Made by a program: the position numbers and the translations under genes. Below are positions 12,249 to 25,567 of a DNA stretch of 64,000 bases, piece by piece. The stretch is taken from positions 372,001 through 436,000 of the forward strand of contig ML978128.1 in the NCBI GenBank assembly GCA_010015805.1, given 5' to 3'. The DNA is from Rhizodiscina lignyota. Taxonomy: Eukaryota. Numbering within the stretch: position 1 is the stretch's first letter; the number at the start of each line of letters is the position of its first letter. The notes beneath the pieces were generated by a model. That model saw only the letters and a program-made list of their open reading frames with translations. It was not told the DNA's origin and made no database searches.

Positions 12249-14349
12249 TCACAGACGCGCGCTATCAACCCTTTCGAGACCGTATCGCCCATCATCCTCC
12301 TTAATCAAATCCGCTCCCTTCTCAGCAACAGCATAAGTCGTGCTCATGATATTTCCACTGACATGAGTGGGGAAGACGCTAGCGTCCACGACCCGCAGCT
12401 TGGACACTCCCTTAACCTTCAGCCTGTCGTCGACCACCTCTCCCATTGCAGCAGTTCCAATCAAGTGATACTGAGTACTGATGTGATTCCTGACAAACTC
12501 CATCCTCTCCTCTTCTGTCTCGAGGCTCTGGTTGGGCAGCGGCTGAACTCTCTCGCCCAAACTCTTCTGCAGTAGCGGGTGCTTGCTGACTTTGTCCATC
12601 CATTTGATACCAGCAGCCATGACCTTGAGGTCTGCCGGGTTCCGGAAGTATCCAGGATCTATGCGTGGAGGCTGTAGTGGATCGGAAGAAGTGATGTGTA
12701 CAGTACCACGCGAGAGCGGATGCTCAAGACAGACGAGGAGGGAGAGCTGATTTTTTCCCTTTGGTGGAGCACTAAAGAATTCGATTTGTGAATGGCCGGC
12801 CGATAGATCAAGTCTGCACGGAATACAGAATATCTGGATGTTGGCAAAGGTTGGATTGGTGAGCTGCCTAACGATGACCTGAGTCTCTGTCAGCTCCGTT
12901 CCAATTGGAAATTGACCTTGGTCATACCTCCTCCTGGGCCTTCTCGAAGGGCGTTTTTGCAAGTGTATTCTTTCTGATATCTGCGATCGTCTCCTCGAGC
13001 TCCTTTTTGTCTACCAGAGAGGCGTATGAGACGAATCCCATCAGCATACCGGGGCTGCCGTAAGGTCCTGTCTGAGTCGTATCATAAAGGTCTTGTTGAA
13101 CCTTTGCGTATTCCTCATTGTGTAGCTCATCGAGCGACTTAACTCCATCGGCAAGGTCGAAGAGCATACCACCCAAGACGTGATCCTGGAAATTTGCACC
13201 AACCTTGTCGTTCTCAACGATGCACTTTACTCCTACCTTTTCCAGAATTGCAGGATCGCCAACGCCGGAAAGCTCGAGTAGTTGAGGCGTTTGGATGACT
13301 CCGGAGCTGAGTACTACCTCATGGGATGTATGCACTTGGTAAGTCTTGCCTCCATGAATGAACTCGACTCCTGTTGCCTCTGCCTCATTTCCCTCACTCT
13401 TCAGTAGGATCTTCGTCGCGTGGGCTTCGGTTAAGACCTTAAGATTTCTCCGGCCGAGATTTGGCTTCAGGTAACCGGTTGCAGCATAACTCCTGTTCCC
13501 CCTGTCGTGAGTCCGATCTATGGCTCCAAGACTATTGAAAAATCCGTAGTGCTGACCATTCCAGGCGTCAACAAGTTTGTTTTGGGAGCCTTCAACTTCG
13601 AACGCGGCCTTGACGAAGTCTTCCTCCAACGGCATGTAGTGATCGTTGAAACTCGTGTGGATCGGCCTGTTGAAGACGCTGAGAACGAAAACACTAAAGC
13701 ATCAGTCGTTATGTGGACTATACATACCCGTTTGTCCCGTGATACTTGTCCGCTGCCGCAAGTGGCATGAACTGGGGATCTGAGGGCATTTTTTCTGGTG
13801 TGTCGAGCGTTTGATGTTTCCTAAAATAAGGAACAATGTCGTTCCACCCCCAACCCTTGTTACCCATAGAAGCCCAGCCATCATAATCTTCTCGAGAGCC
13901 TCTGACATACCTGCCAGCAACAGTTAGCGCAGCTTGTGGACTCATATTGTGCCGCAGGATACATTAGATAGTTAATAGCGGAGCTCCCGCCGAGAACCTT
14001 CCCTCGGGGCATCGAATACGTCTTGTTCCCGGCGTTTGGCTTGTACGTGTCTGTCAGCAAATATGATAATCTCTTGCTTCCTGAGGACCTGACTTACCTG
14101 CGGCACGCTGCTCATGCACCAGTCGTACTTCTCCCTCCCGATCATCGTGGGATAGAGACTTGGTGTGGATACCTGCTTGTCGTCCATACGGTTCGCACCA
14201 GCCTCAATGACCGCCACTGACACATCTGGATTTTCTGACAGCCGGGCTGCCACTACCAGGCCTGCTGTACCTCCACCCACGACAACATAATCGAAAGTCT
14301 GCGACGCGAGCTCATCTACGCTGCAGAGAGCATTGCCGTTCGAACCCAT
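12249..14349 (-). CDS. GMC oxidoreductase (FAD-dependent, probably intracellular), 5 exons
   Basis: FAD-binding [29 protein letters not shown], active-site YHLIGT and [11 protein letters not shown] (His/Asn pair). Four GT-AG introns. No signal peptide seen. Confidence 0.93.
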
Positions 14350-15366
14350 TGTTACATGCAAATAGTTACAAAGAGAGCAAGAATATGAGACAGTGATTTG
14401 ATATTGAAGTTGAATTGCATGAAACTAATGAAGAGCGGAGAAACCTGACGACGGACAGTATGAGCACTCAGGGAACAAACTCATATATATATAAAGTTAA
14501 GCTTAAAGTTTCGGTTGAATGGAGAGCGCATTTGAGCCTAACTATAGCGGACCGAAATCGTAAGCTCCGCTCTTCGTCATTGAGACTAGAGCTCTCTATG
14601 TGCAATAGCATTGCAGTATCCGAAATGCAGCGCAATGCCGCGTCGAGCGGGGATGCAAGGATGTTGTGTACACTCTCATGGTCTTGCGAGTCTTCAGATC
14701 CGCAAAACGTGGGGCACGGGAATGACGGAGTATAAGACTGTCCGGACATTGAGACTTTTGGCTGTGTCCTGGGGAAAGGCGAGTCAATTAAAGCTGAGAA
14801 GGCCACTTGGTAGATTTAAAAGGAGCAACAGAAAAGACGACGTTCCATATCACGCTAGCCGAAAATGGATTTGTATCGAGGTTACTTGGTTAGTTCACCC
14901 GCCGCCTTCGCAAGCTCTTTATTTCATGTGTGAACGATATTACGTTCTTGCCTCTTTAGACGGAAGGAGCGACGCTTGCCCAAAATGCACTCAAGATGAC
15001 TTCATGTCACTGGCAGGAGGTGATCAGTCCGCCTTAGCGCTCTCCTGTATAAGCGGGAGAGCTTCCTTCCTCTTCTCACCTTAAACGCAGTTACTTGTTT
15101 TGCTCCAAGGTAGATGAAGGAAGCATGATGCTTCTATTGGTTGACAAAATCATGTGCTAACTTCTCTCATAATGTACAGTCGAAAGACGAGAGCATCAAG
15201 TCAGAAGCTTATTCGATCTTCAAGAACAATACCGCCCTTGACGGATAGCTGAAACCCAGAACCGAAATAACCTCATTGCCACTTGGGCTGGTATCACTTG
15301 CGCAGAACAATAATACAGAATATCAAAACCTTTCCTGCCAGCTTGTCTTTAACAAACGCCATCTCT

Positions 15367-17604
15367 TTAACGCAAGCGAAATCCCCTCATGATGGATCCT
15401 GTTCGACTCCGGGAGGAAACCGTCGTACCAGCATCCGAATTGTTCGCCAAATATTCCTGAATCACAAAATCGATTTCTCTGGACCCGGTGGACTTGCGAG
15501 ATTCGGCCACTTTAGCACCAGCCGGAAGGAGAGCCTGAACCATGCGGAGTTTCTTTTTCCTGATGGCAACTTGAAGCGGAGTCTCCGATGCCTTGTCAAT
15601 GGCGTCAACTTTGGCTCCCCTGCTGATCAGCTGTTTGGCAATGCTGACATTATCGAACTCGGCGCAGATGTGTAGTGGTGATGTTCCATACTGGTCTCTA
15701 GCATTGACGTCCGCTCCGTACTCGAAAAGGATTGGTATCACATCTTGGCCGCCGGTCCCGTGGAGGGCCAGATGTAATGCTGTTCGCTGCTTACTATCTC
15801 TTGCATGGACGTTTGCTGGAGTGACATGGTTTTGTACAAGAAGTTTGGATTTTGCTTTTGCGGCAGAGAGTAGAAGCTCGCAATCAGCAGTGACAATCAT
15901 CTCTCGGTGTTCTGTGCCCGACTTGTAGCCCGTTTGGGGTGCCGGCGGAGGTCCATCCAGAGGACTTGATGCTGAAACCTCGGAGACGCTGCCGCGCGTG
16001 AGCGATGGCGGCTCAGATATGGTGCGTGGCCCATCTTGTATTTCCAATGCTAACGCCGGATTGATGACGCCAGATACAGAGGGATGTCTAGTTTGGAACG
16101 TCTTTGCACCAACATGATCTCCTCTCCATGTAAACAAGTCAATCAATGCTTGGACGGACTCCTCCAGGAATGGTTGCGGCGAGACTGTTGATTGCGAAGC
16201 TATAAAATAGGACTGTGTCGCGTATGTTTCAAGAAGTTGGAGGAGCCTCTCTTCTTGAGTATCACGATACCAAGCTCGATATAGCTTCGCTAGAGCGCAA
16301 TTGAGTCGTCCAGGGTCTCCTTGACTTCCGTTGGTAAGGTGGAATGTCCGCTGCAATGTGTGTTCTGCAGATTTGTATTTCTTCTGTCCAATTTGCGCTT
16401 TTGCAAGTTTGATGCTGATATCAAATCTTTCCGTGAATGATTTCTGGTAAGCTTGCTCCCGCTGTTCACCGTAGTCAAGAGCATGTTGTAGGTTGAATTC
16501 TGCACTCACATAACGAGGAGGATCATCAGTCAAATCTTTGGTTGCTTGGCTTCGGTAGTTTTCCACCATGTCCTCTATGGTCTCCAATGGGAGGACAGAG
16601 AGTGAGTATGTCCGGCTTGGTTGTTGAAGCTGATGATATCGGCCGAGGATTGGCACCTCTCGAAGTGGTTGCGGATCTCCGAGGATGACAGGAATTACGC
16701 CGTGGCCATGTTCTGGGATGTCAAGCGCCACTCCACCGTCAGAGACATCTGGTTGTTGTAGACGAAGGTTGTCTTCCTGATATACGGTTCCGATTTCTGT
16801 ATGGACATCCGACCGTATATCTTGCGGATCGAGTGCCTCAGAAATGCTATCGCTTGAATCGGATCGCCCAACAACACTTCCACAGGTAGAAAACTTCTCA
16901 TATAGAGATTCTGCGACATCAAGCGTGTTCTTCATCCGGTTCAGCATCGCTCCATCAGTATCAACTTCGTCAGATACGCCTTGCTCGCCATGGAGATCGA
17001 TCGAAGAGACCGGACTCTGAATAGAAGCCCGAGAGAGGCGTTCCAATGCCTTCCGTAAAGCAGAGATATCTGACTGCATTGCCTCGAGATGGTGTGCTGT
17101 ACTCTCATTGTTAATCGCCAAAGGAGTCATTGTCGCTTCTGTAACGAAAGGCTTTAAATAGGAGGAGAAGGTCTGCAGCAACGTGATATTTCCGTAGACA
17201 TTTCTTTCCAATTTCAGGATTTTTCTCTCGTTCCAATCGAGCTTGAACTGCGTTATGGTGCGACCGTAAAGACTACTGTTTCCGGGCCCTATTGACTCGA
17301 GTCTCTCAGCGAAGCTCTCCAGGTCACTTTCGCAGCATTTCAGGAGAGACTGCATCTTCAGCATGATCTTCTTTTCGTCATCATTCACGGGCTTTAAGGG
17401 TTCCTGCTCATGTCGACGGCCCATAGAGGTCTTGATAGTTTCAACTATGACCTTCAAGTGATCGAGGTTTTCGAAGAGCCCATCTGCAGTAACATTCGCT
17501 TCTCGAAGATCTCGAATGAAACGGATGATCCTTGCCCCGGCCGTAGTAGCAACATCTGCGACCTGGAGTGCATTGACAACCGCTGAGAAAGGATCCACCA
17601 CCAT
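15367..17604 (-). CDS. HeLo-like N-terminal domain + TPR-like helices + C-terminal ankyrin repeats
   Basis: Intronless 745-aa ORF. The N-terminus VDPFSAVVNALQVA.. is typical of HeLo-like/SesA domains. About 4 ankyrin repeats (TALHLA, GADVNARD, SPLHIC, TPLQVA). Confidence 0.8.
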   Translation of the reverse strand: MVVDPFSAVVNALQVADVATTAGARIIRFIRDLREANVTADGLFENLDHLKVIVETIKTSMGRRHEQEPLKPVNDDEKKIMLKMQSLLKCCESDLESFAERLESIGPGNSSLYGRTITQFKLDWNERKILKLERNVYGNITLLQTFSSYLKPFVTEATMTPLAINNESTAHHLEAMQSDISALRKALERLSRASIQSPVSSIDLHGEQGVSDEVDTDGAMLNRMKNTLDVAESLYEKFSTCGSVVGRSDSSDSISEALDPQDIRSDVHTEIGTVYQEDNLRLQQPDVSDGGVALDIPEHGHGVIPVILGDPQPLREVPILGRYHQLQQPSRTYSLSVLPLETIEDMVENYRSQATKDLTDDPPRYVSAEFNLQHALDYGEQREQAYQKSFTERFDISIKLAKAQIGQKKYKSAEHTLQRTFHLTNGSQGDPGRLNCALAKLYRAWYRDTQEERLLQLLETYATQSYFIASQSTVSPQPFLEESVQALIDLFTWRGDHVGAKTFQTRHPSVSGVINPALALEIQDGPRTISEPPSLTRGSVSEVSASSPLDGPPPAPQTGYKSGTEHREMIVTADCELLLSAAKAKSKLLVQNHVTPANVHARDSKQRTALHLALHGTGGQDVIPILFEYGADVNARDQYGTSPLHICAEFDNVSIAKQLISRGAKVDAIDKASETPLQVAIRKKKLRMVQALLPAGAKVAESRKSTGSREIDFVIQEYLANNSDAGTTVSSRSRTGSIMRGFRLR

Positions 17605-19059
17605 CGTCAGGCTAGAGTGTGCCTTGCAGGCTGACGTTGCTTTGGTGTCGTCGAGAGGGCCAAACGGAGCCCATCAGTCGCGCGGATAATGCTTTTAGAC
17701 GTGGATAAGAAATTTGGTGTGTTCTTCAGAGCGAGAATGAGTGTGTTTGAATTGTGGAGACTAGTTTGCGGAGAGAACGACGACAGTTGCAAAGCGAAAA
17801 GGAAATTACTTAGCCGTCAGCCTCATCGTACGGCAGGAGGTCACACAGCGACGAACAAGTTCCGTGACTCCCCAGCTGCGCTTACGTACCTCGTACGGAG
17901 CGCAAATGACCAGCGCCCAGAATGCATGCTTCTGAGGCGCAGCGTGTTTAACGAGTCGCGCAATCGGAGAAGGAGGGTCATGGTGGTAGCAGGGAGCGCC
18001 GTCGGGCGTGAAATATCCAGATCGCTGGCCAATCAAAGTATTTCAGGGCGAGCAAGGCTTGGCTTGGCGATCGCGGATGAGGCGCATCCAACCTCAAAAC
18101 TGCGAGTAACTAGATTTAAAGCCGATCGAACACATCCCCTGACGACGGAAACGTTTGCCAGTCCACCAGACCCTGCTCTCACAGAAGAAGAAGTAGAAAG
18201 CATCGTGGTTAGAGCTGCTCCGTACATATCGCCCGGTATGAACCGCGAGATCCGGTGATGTCCTGACCGGTGGACTTCCAGCCTGGTTTCATAACATCAC
18301 GTATTCTGTCTTCCTCAGTCCAGCTTTGTTACTCTTACCTCTTGCTCTCGAGTTGACCCTTGTCTTATATTGAGGGGCTTTGCGAGGCTGCTGTGTTTCT
18401 TTTATTTCATTTGCTGAAGACACTATCAGGCTGAGCCGAAGATATGGATCAAGGCCAACTCGCACCAAACGTATGCACAGTAAAGTATTGACAGCACTTT
18501 GTACCTGCGAAAGATTTCATATTCAGCAGCTGTAGAATGCGGCATGTGCGACTGCGGATGCAGTTCTGCAATATTTCTTGTAAGGCTTGACTTCAGCTCC
18601 TGCATGATTGAGCGTCGGATTTGGCCTCTCGTTCAGACATATGTATTTCTGAGAGCATTCTTTTATTTCAACGCTGAATCGGGTAATTCGGATCGCTCAT
18701 TACCTAATATTGGGGCTGTGTTGACGTGTCCTTATTGGAGGAGTGTTCGACAAGGCAGACAAGGCAAACAGTAATTATGTTCTTACCATCTGCCCGTCCC
18801 ACGCCACTCGAGATGCACGCCGACCAGCCCCGTTGCCTCGTAATTTACGGATTGACCAGTTCTTGTGCTACTCGTGCTTCTGGTTCCTTCTACGTGGAGT
18901 CATGGACCAAGCCAGTCGAGAGGCTGTGCTCAGAATTCGTTTCTTGCCAAGGGCGGCTCTGTTAACGCGCCCGGTTCCATAGGAGTTCTTTTATCATGTA
19001 AACGTGTCGGCATGAGTCTGTGCCTTCGGATATCTTCCATACATGTTGAAATGTAAAAC

Positions 19060-21376
19060 ATGGACAACTCACAACGAGCCTCGAACGGAGCTGCAAACGG
19101 AGGATACAACGAAGTGAGTGCGCTCAAATACTGAATTTATTGTTATAACAAATGCTAACCATGAAAGCTCCGAGCACGAAGAGGTCGCAATGTAATCGAA
19201 GAGCGACTGCGGAGCAATGATCGTGGAATGTGAGTTGTCATTCAGGCCTTAGAGATCATGCTAATGCTGCCGAGTTAGAATCGACAACCCACTGAACTAC
19301 CGCGACGAAGAAACGGAGCTTCCGCAAGATGTGAAGAGGTTTTTCGATGACTACGGGCTTCAGGAGGTCGCGAGCGAGAAATTGCTCTTACGTGGAGCAC
19401 TGCTGGCCCAAGACGAGCAGAGGTTCAAACGCGGAGAGTATGCGCCCAGCCAAATCGAGAGCGCTGCATTAGACAGAGAGGAAGATCCAAAGTTCAGCGA
19501 GCAGACCAAAGAGCTCAAGGTCATACTTCTTACGTGCTGCGTTGCGGCTGTGGTCCAAGGCTGGTCTCAAGCGTCGATAACTGGTGCAAATCTTCAATGG
19601 CCAGTTGAGTTTGGACTTCGCAAAAGCTTGTGCGGACCAATCGACCAAATCTGGATCTTTGGTATAGTCAACGCCGTCACATATTTTGCCGCAAGCGTTC
19701 TTGGAGCTTGGGTCAGCGATCCGTTCAACGAATACTTCATGGGTCGTCGAGGTGCTCTTTTCGTCGCGGCACTGTTCACCATCGGAGCTTCCATTGGATC
19801 TGCTTTCACAGTCTCCTGGCAGACTCTCTTCATTTGTCGCTTGTTCCTGGGGATCGGCTATGGCGCGAAGGCCTCTGTGGTGCCGATATTCGAGGGAGAG
19901 GTAGCACCTGCTCAAATTCGTGGTCGCTTGTTGGTATCGTGGCAGACGTTTACAGCCGTGGGGATTCTCTTGAGTTCCGGCTTCAATCTGATCTTCCACG
20001 CACCGGGAGCTGACAAGAACGACGCGTGCAACTTCGCGGACGGCTGGCGGAAAGAAGTAGCATGGAGGCTACAAGTGGGAAGCACAATCATTCCGGCTAT
20101 TCCACTGCTCTTTCTCGCCTTTGTCTGTTCGGAGTCACCCCGATGGTATGCTAAGAAGGGGAACTACTGCAAAGCGTTCCGTGTGCTGTGCAGACTGCGG
20201 GAGACGCCTTTACAAGCAGCTCGTAAGTTATCTGATCTGCTACAAGGGCATTTGATTAACTTTGTATAGGCGATCTTTACTTGATCTACTCACAACTGCG
20301 AGTCGAGACTCTTGTCTTCTCTAAGATCTCTGACGTAGAAGCGAAACTGGATGACTGGAGCGATGATGCTGAATTCCAGCGTCAGCTCCGAAAGAGCACA
20401 TATCCACGTCGTCTGCGGCAGCTTTTCACCGTCAATATCAACAGAAGGGCTGGTCTTGCAGCCTGTATAGTGATGGTCGCCCAGTGAGTCCCCTGAAACC
20501 ACGATGATGTATTCAACTTTAATCACTACTCCAGGCAATTCTCGGGCATCAACATCTTCGCATTCCTTGCTACGACGCTATTCAATGCCGGCGACAAGCA
20601 AGACCCGTCAGGAGGGAATCAGACAAGCCCCCATTTAATCCAGAATCTTTGGCAAAGTTTCGGCTTCGCTCTTGCCAACGCATTATTCTCCCCTCTCGCC
20701 TACTGGTTCATCGATTCGAAGGGCCGCCGCTTCTTGCTTCTTACGTCGCTTCTCCTGATGATCCCACTGCTGCTCGCAACGGGGTTGAGCTTCCTGTCAT
20801 CAAGCAACGTGCCTCATGAGATCTTCCTGATCCTGTACACAGCAGCATACTCGCCCGGAGCGGGAGTCATACCATTCCTCTATTCGAGCGAGGTGTTCCC
20901 TCTGCCGAATCGTGAAGCCGGAATGTCGCTGGCCTGTTCCGTCAATTTCGCCCTCGGCGGAGTGCTCGCGTTGGTGGTTCCACAATTGGTCAATAGCCTT
21001 GGGGTGACGAAGCTTTTGGGCTTGTTCGCGTAGGGTTGCTCCTGCCATAGTCCAAGCACACATGCTAACCGAGCACAGAGGCCTCGATGCGATCGCAGCA
21101 ATTCTTGTATGGCTTTTGGTGCCTGGGACGGACCAAATTATGAGTTTGGAAAATATGAGCTACATCTTTGGGGTCCCGACTACGAGGCACATTCAGTATC
21201 AAATCAATACTGTCTTCCCCCATATCTTTCGACGTCTTGTACCTTGTTTATCAGTGAAAGGCGACTTGCCTCCGCTGTACATTTGGAACACACGCAGAAG
21301 AGATGCCCAAGAGCTGCAGCAGTGGCAAGTGCAGCCTCGACATGAGACGGATACGGAATGGATCTCCGGTAATTAG
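19060..21376 (+). CDS. MFS sugar porter family transporter, 6 exons
   Basis: GRRGAL, EVAPAQIRGRL, ESPRW, QQFSGIN (split by an intron), GRRFLLL and SEVFP motifs. Five GT-AG introns join from ATG 19060. Confidence 0.9.
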
Positions 21377-21734
21377 CCTTTTAGTGCAACGGCGGTAACT
21401 GCCAGTTAAGGAGCAAATAAAGTTCTTGACTCAAAACCTTCGCAAAGTGATGCCGTTTTGCGAAGCGCTCCTACCTTTTCACTGCTCCTGCTCGCCGAGA
21501 ATGAGATGTCTCTGCTGCCTCCCGTGAAAAACTGCATGTGGCACTCACCGATGAGTCGGCGCTCGCAATTCCGAGAGCTTAATTGGCTGGTTTGGCTTTC
21601 GAGATCGGACGATTAGGCCAAATACGCTCTAGTCGGTGGGGATGAGTGGGTCCAGCTCCTTTCGCAGGCAGTCACCGCCTGGCACATTCCGTCTGGTCGC
21701 CAAGCTTTTCGTCTGATCCCTGGAGCCCTCCGAG

Positions 21735-21840
21735 TATATAAACCCCTCGACCTTCGCTCCAACTCTCTCTTTTCTTTCCTTAGCTCTCTTTGCCTTTTGG
21801 CTTAGATCAAGTGTAGTATCTGTTCTTTTCAGTTTAATCT
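21735..21840 (+). promoter_or_regulatory. Putative Pol II core promoter (TATA box plus CT-rich tract) with no evident downstream CDS
   Basis: TATATAAA at 21735-21742 followed by a pyrimidine-rich tract at ~21760-21830. Confidence 0.35.
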
Positions 21841-24233
21841 CTGAAACGAGGCTACGGCCTCATATTCAAGATTAATCTTATTTTTGGACCCCGGGGGGAT
21901 TCCTCTGTGCATGCACATGTCTCCTCCCACAGTGTCGCCGGTATTGCACTACCTCCGGCTGACGCGACCCTTTTTGATTTCTTTTCATTGACATTCCCAC
22001 CTGGTGTGGGCGGTTGACGAAGAGATTGACTTTGCTTGAAACTCCGGATGTGGTTGAGATACAATGCAGCGTGATCGATCTGTTGATGGTTTAAGTTCCA
22101 AGTGGGCGATCGGTGCTTTTGTGACCGTCGCGTGACGAGAGGGAACCTATGTGAATTACTGTCGGCAGCAACCCTCAGTGAGGGTGAAGACAAGCTTTGC
22201 AATGAAGCCAGTGTGATGCTCGACCACAGCAGGTGACGTATAAGTGTGTGCTAAGTGTATGTTGTCGTCATTTCTCTTGTTCATCATGTCCGACGGCAGC
22301 TGGGTGCACGTGGAGTTTGCCACTTGGCCTCCTCACCTCGTCGCAGCGTGTAATACCACAACTGGATAGATGCATCCAAGACTCCACTCATCACTGGATA
22401 TGACGAGTATGACTTGACAGATCCGCAGCTGTCTCATGTCGGTCAGTATGAACCAATTCTCCTGACGGAAGTATATACGTACCTCGTGGCTGGCTGTCGC
22501 TGCATGGAGCCTCATTAAGCGACGCAAAAGCACACTTGCTCGCCACAATGCGCCCTCGAATCAAGAGGGAATGCAGAGTGCTCGATCCGTAGAGCAGTAC
22601 TGCGCTACGCCTAGCGAAAAGTGGGCTCCTTAGGCTTTCCATGTGCGTTTCCCTTGCTTTGTCCACAGATCAATTCAGGTGAAGTGGTCTTACGAAGGAG
22701 ACAGCACCCCAGGCGCGACATGTTTGGGTGTGGTGGTACCGAGTTTTAGATGTGCTATGCACCCAAAATCGGTGGGGCGGTCCCTCCCGTGCTAGGTACG
22801 ACTACGCACCCCACACATGGAAGTATGGGCGCAGACTGCTCAACACACGCATGGCTGTTGGAAAGCAAAGATGTGTTAAGATTGCACATTCGCCACAGCC
22901 CATTATTCGATAGGCATCAGCAGCGAAAAGGTTTTCGCCGAGTCGACTGACAACATGCCCAGCACACCTAAAGAGCCATGCATGGACGGCATTGTCGAGG
23001 ACCGTAGACATCTCACATGCAGACAATGTCCACGTTTGACATTTGACAGCGCATGCAGGAACCCCTCCCTGCGTTATTTCGGCTTCTACGAGCCCGCATA
23101 GAGGACGGGTTGCTATGTAATTTTCTATGCAAGGATATGCTAGTTATATGGCATATATATGGCAGGGCGGGAGGAAACAAGAACATGGAAGAAATGAGAG
23201 CCACGACGAGAGTCTCTTGAAAAGCTGTAATTACGAGAATAGAAGCTTTGGACAGAAAGAAACCCACTTTCACCTCGAAGCCCTCTCAGCGGAGTCGGTA
23301 GGGTTTCGGTTCGCTGATGAGTGTGAAAAGCTTGTCCATACCCCAGGATATCGGACATTAGATGAAGGGCACAGACCCCTGAAAGAAGATTCTTTCTGAA
23401 TAGGCAGAATGCTTCTCAATATCTAGAAATTATTAGCGACATGCATCACGATAGAAAACTGTCGGCGCATTGGGTCGTGAGAGAGGCGAGCTGAAGGCGC
23501 CTTCGCGAGCACAACACGCGCTGTGGCTTTGGAAGCCGGCGCAAAATGAACGCGCGTTCGGTTCGCAATGATTTCTCGAAGAGCGGAAGATGCTCGTAGA
23601 AGACTCAGCTAGCTTGTGTATAGGTGTAAGCGAATGTCGAGTCTGGATGGCGGAGTCATTTCGCAGGCCTTGGTCCGGGGCGTTGTTGTGGCCAGTGTAA
23701 TGCATCGAAGGAATTTAATTTGCGGCCTCGTGGTGCAGCACGCACTCTGACGTCGCTGGAGGCCTGCAAAGGAGCCAAGCAATGCCGGCGGGCATGAAGC
23801 AGCCAATACCTCAGCCGTACGTCAATTAACGTCTGGCACCTGGGCTGTCTCGGAATCACAAGACCCCAGCGATCGGCCAGGATGGGCGCGTTTGCAAAGA
23901 GAGAGAAAGCCGGCCCCTGGAACTGGTGCGGTCTGAAGATCGCTGCCGCCCGCGTCGCAAATGAGCTCACGGCACACGGGAAAACTTGCTTTGCTGATGA
24001 AACAATGCGCTCCTCATATACCTTCATGCCCACCCCCGACACCACCTTTTCTGCTTGAAGGCAGCAGACAAACGACACCTACTGTTCCACCGCCGCACTC
24101 CTTCTTCGATCTTTCCTCGAGTCCACACTGTTCCGACTACCATAAGCGCGCGACCTCGCCGACCGCCAACAGCGATCTCACTGTCTTCCACTCCCTAACT
24201 CATACGTACGACTGTGTCGCGCATCTAATCGAA

Positions 24234-24828
24234 ATGGCCTTCATGTTCACTCTCCCGCTGCGCGCGACGCAGGCGGTATTCACTGTCATTGTGCTTGGAT
24301 TGACCGCATATGGTATGACTTCTCCATTGGGTCGGACTTCCAAATGCTGACAGGATACAGTGTCAAATTGGTGGAATGGCTACTGGCACGACATGTCTCC
24401 CGACGAAATCAACTTCCTCCTCTTCTGTTCCGTATGGACCATTCTCTCGCTCGCCTACCTCATTGTGGTGCCATGGAGGTTTTCGAACAGCGCTGTCGGC
24501 CACAAGTACGGCATCTTGGCCGCTGAGGCGCTCACCATGCTTTTCTGGTTCGCCGGCTTCGTCGCGCTCGCTGTCTTCCTGAGCAACCGAGTCTGCTTCG
24601 GCACCGTCTGCAACATCGCAAAGGCAGCTACTGTTTTTGCCTCTCTTGAGTGGTAAGTGGCAGTGCGGCTGAATCGCATGTGGAGCTCGACTGACGTCAA
24701 CATTTAGGCTCGTCTTCGCCATCACGACCGGCATGGCCACACTCCACGTCGTTCGCACTCGCGGCACCAACAACACGAGAGCAGATCCTCAGATGGAGGT
24801 CACCGAATCCGCGAAGAACCACGCATAA
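24234..24828 (+). CDS. MARVEL / membrane-associating domain protein, 3 exons
   Basis: Four TM helices (LRATQAVFTVIVLGLTAY; INFLLFCSVWT; EALTMLFWFAGFVALAV; AATVFASLEWLVFAIT). Introns at ~24313-24360 and ~24653-24707. Confidence 0.88.
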
Positions 24829-25567
24829 ACGACAAGCGCATTGGTTGCGCACCTTATCAACGATACCCAGATGCATTCAAATTCATTTCAGCCGCTTCGG
24901 GGCGTACAATCGATTGAACAAGCCTGGTGCACGGCCGTCGGTGTCCCAGTTGCATACTTGACTACCATCTTCGTCACATTTTCATGAGTTATAATGTCTG
25001 TCAATGGGTTTAACGAACGACCAATTTGTGTCCGCCGTTGACGGCCCCCTTCCAAGCCTGCCGGTGCAAGAGCTTGACACTCTGGAGTGCGGGATCTTCA
25101 GTTATTTTCTCTCCTCTTGGAAGGGTTGTATATCCAGTTTGCGTATACCAATATAGTTTTATCTTATCGAATCTACATATCGCTCTTACTCCTACGCTTC
25201 CCCTGAGGCCGTACATGAACTTCTCGGCTCCCCAAGTGTTGCGATGCATCATGCCACAATTGACGCCTTCGATATAGCCTAGTTCTAGCCTAGTTCAAGC
25301 CTCGCTCGTCGCGTTATCAAATTGAGTCGTGTGTTTGCCAAGCTATTAATTTCCGCTTTATCGATAGAAAGGTCCGCCACGAAGCCCCCATCGCTCATGG
25401 CGTTTCCACGTTCTCCCACGTGGTGTGGCTTGGATGACGCGCTTTGATTACAAAAGAACCAAGGTGACGAACGCCCGAGAAGCCTACAGAAAGCGCATCA
25501 CAATCAACCTTCAAAATTAACCTCGTAATGTCTCTCCAACCTACATTTCAGTCGAGAAGATTTAAAA

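Noticed and set aside
15400..15412. B-box-like GTTCGACTCC
   Set aside because: Lies inside the ankyrin CDS with no A box or cloverleaf.
12249..21376. GMC + ankyrin + sugar transporter (and the distant P450) as a biosynthetic gene cluster
   Set aside because: No PKS, NRPS, terpene synthase or cluster transcription factor in the window, and the genes are interspersed with housekeeping loci.
21438..21466. 9-bp inverted repeat CTTCGCAAA/TTTGCGAAG after the sugar transporter stop
   Set aside because: A single short hairpin compatible with chance. Intrinsic terminators do not apply to Pol II.
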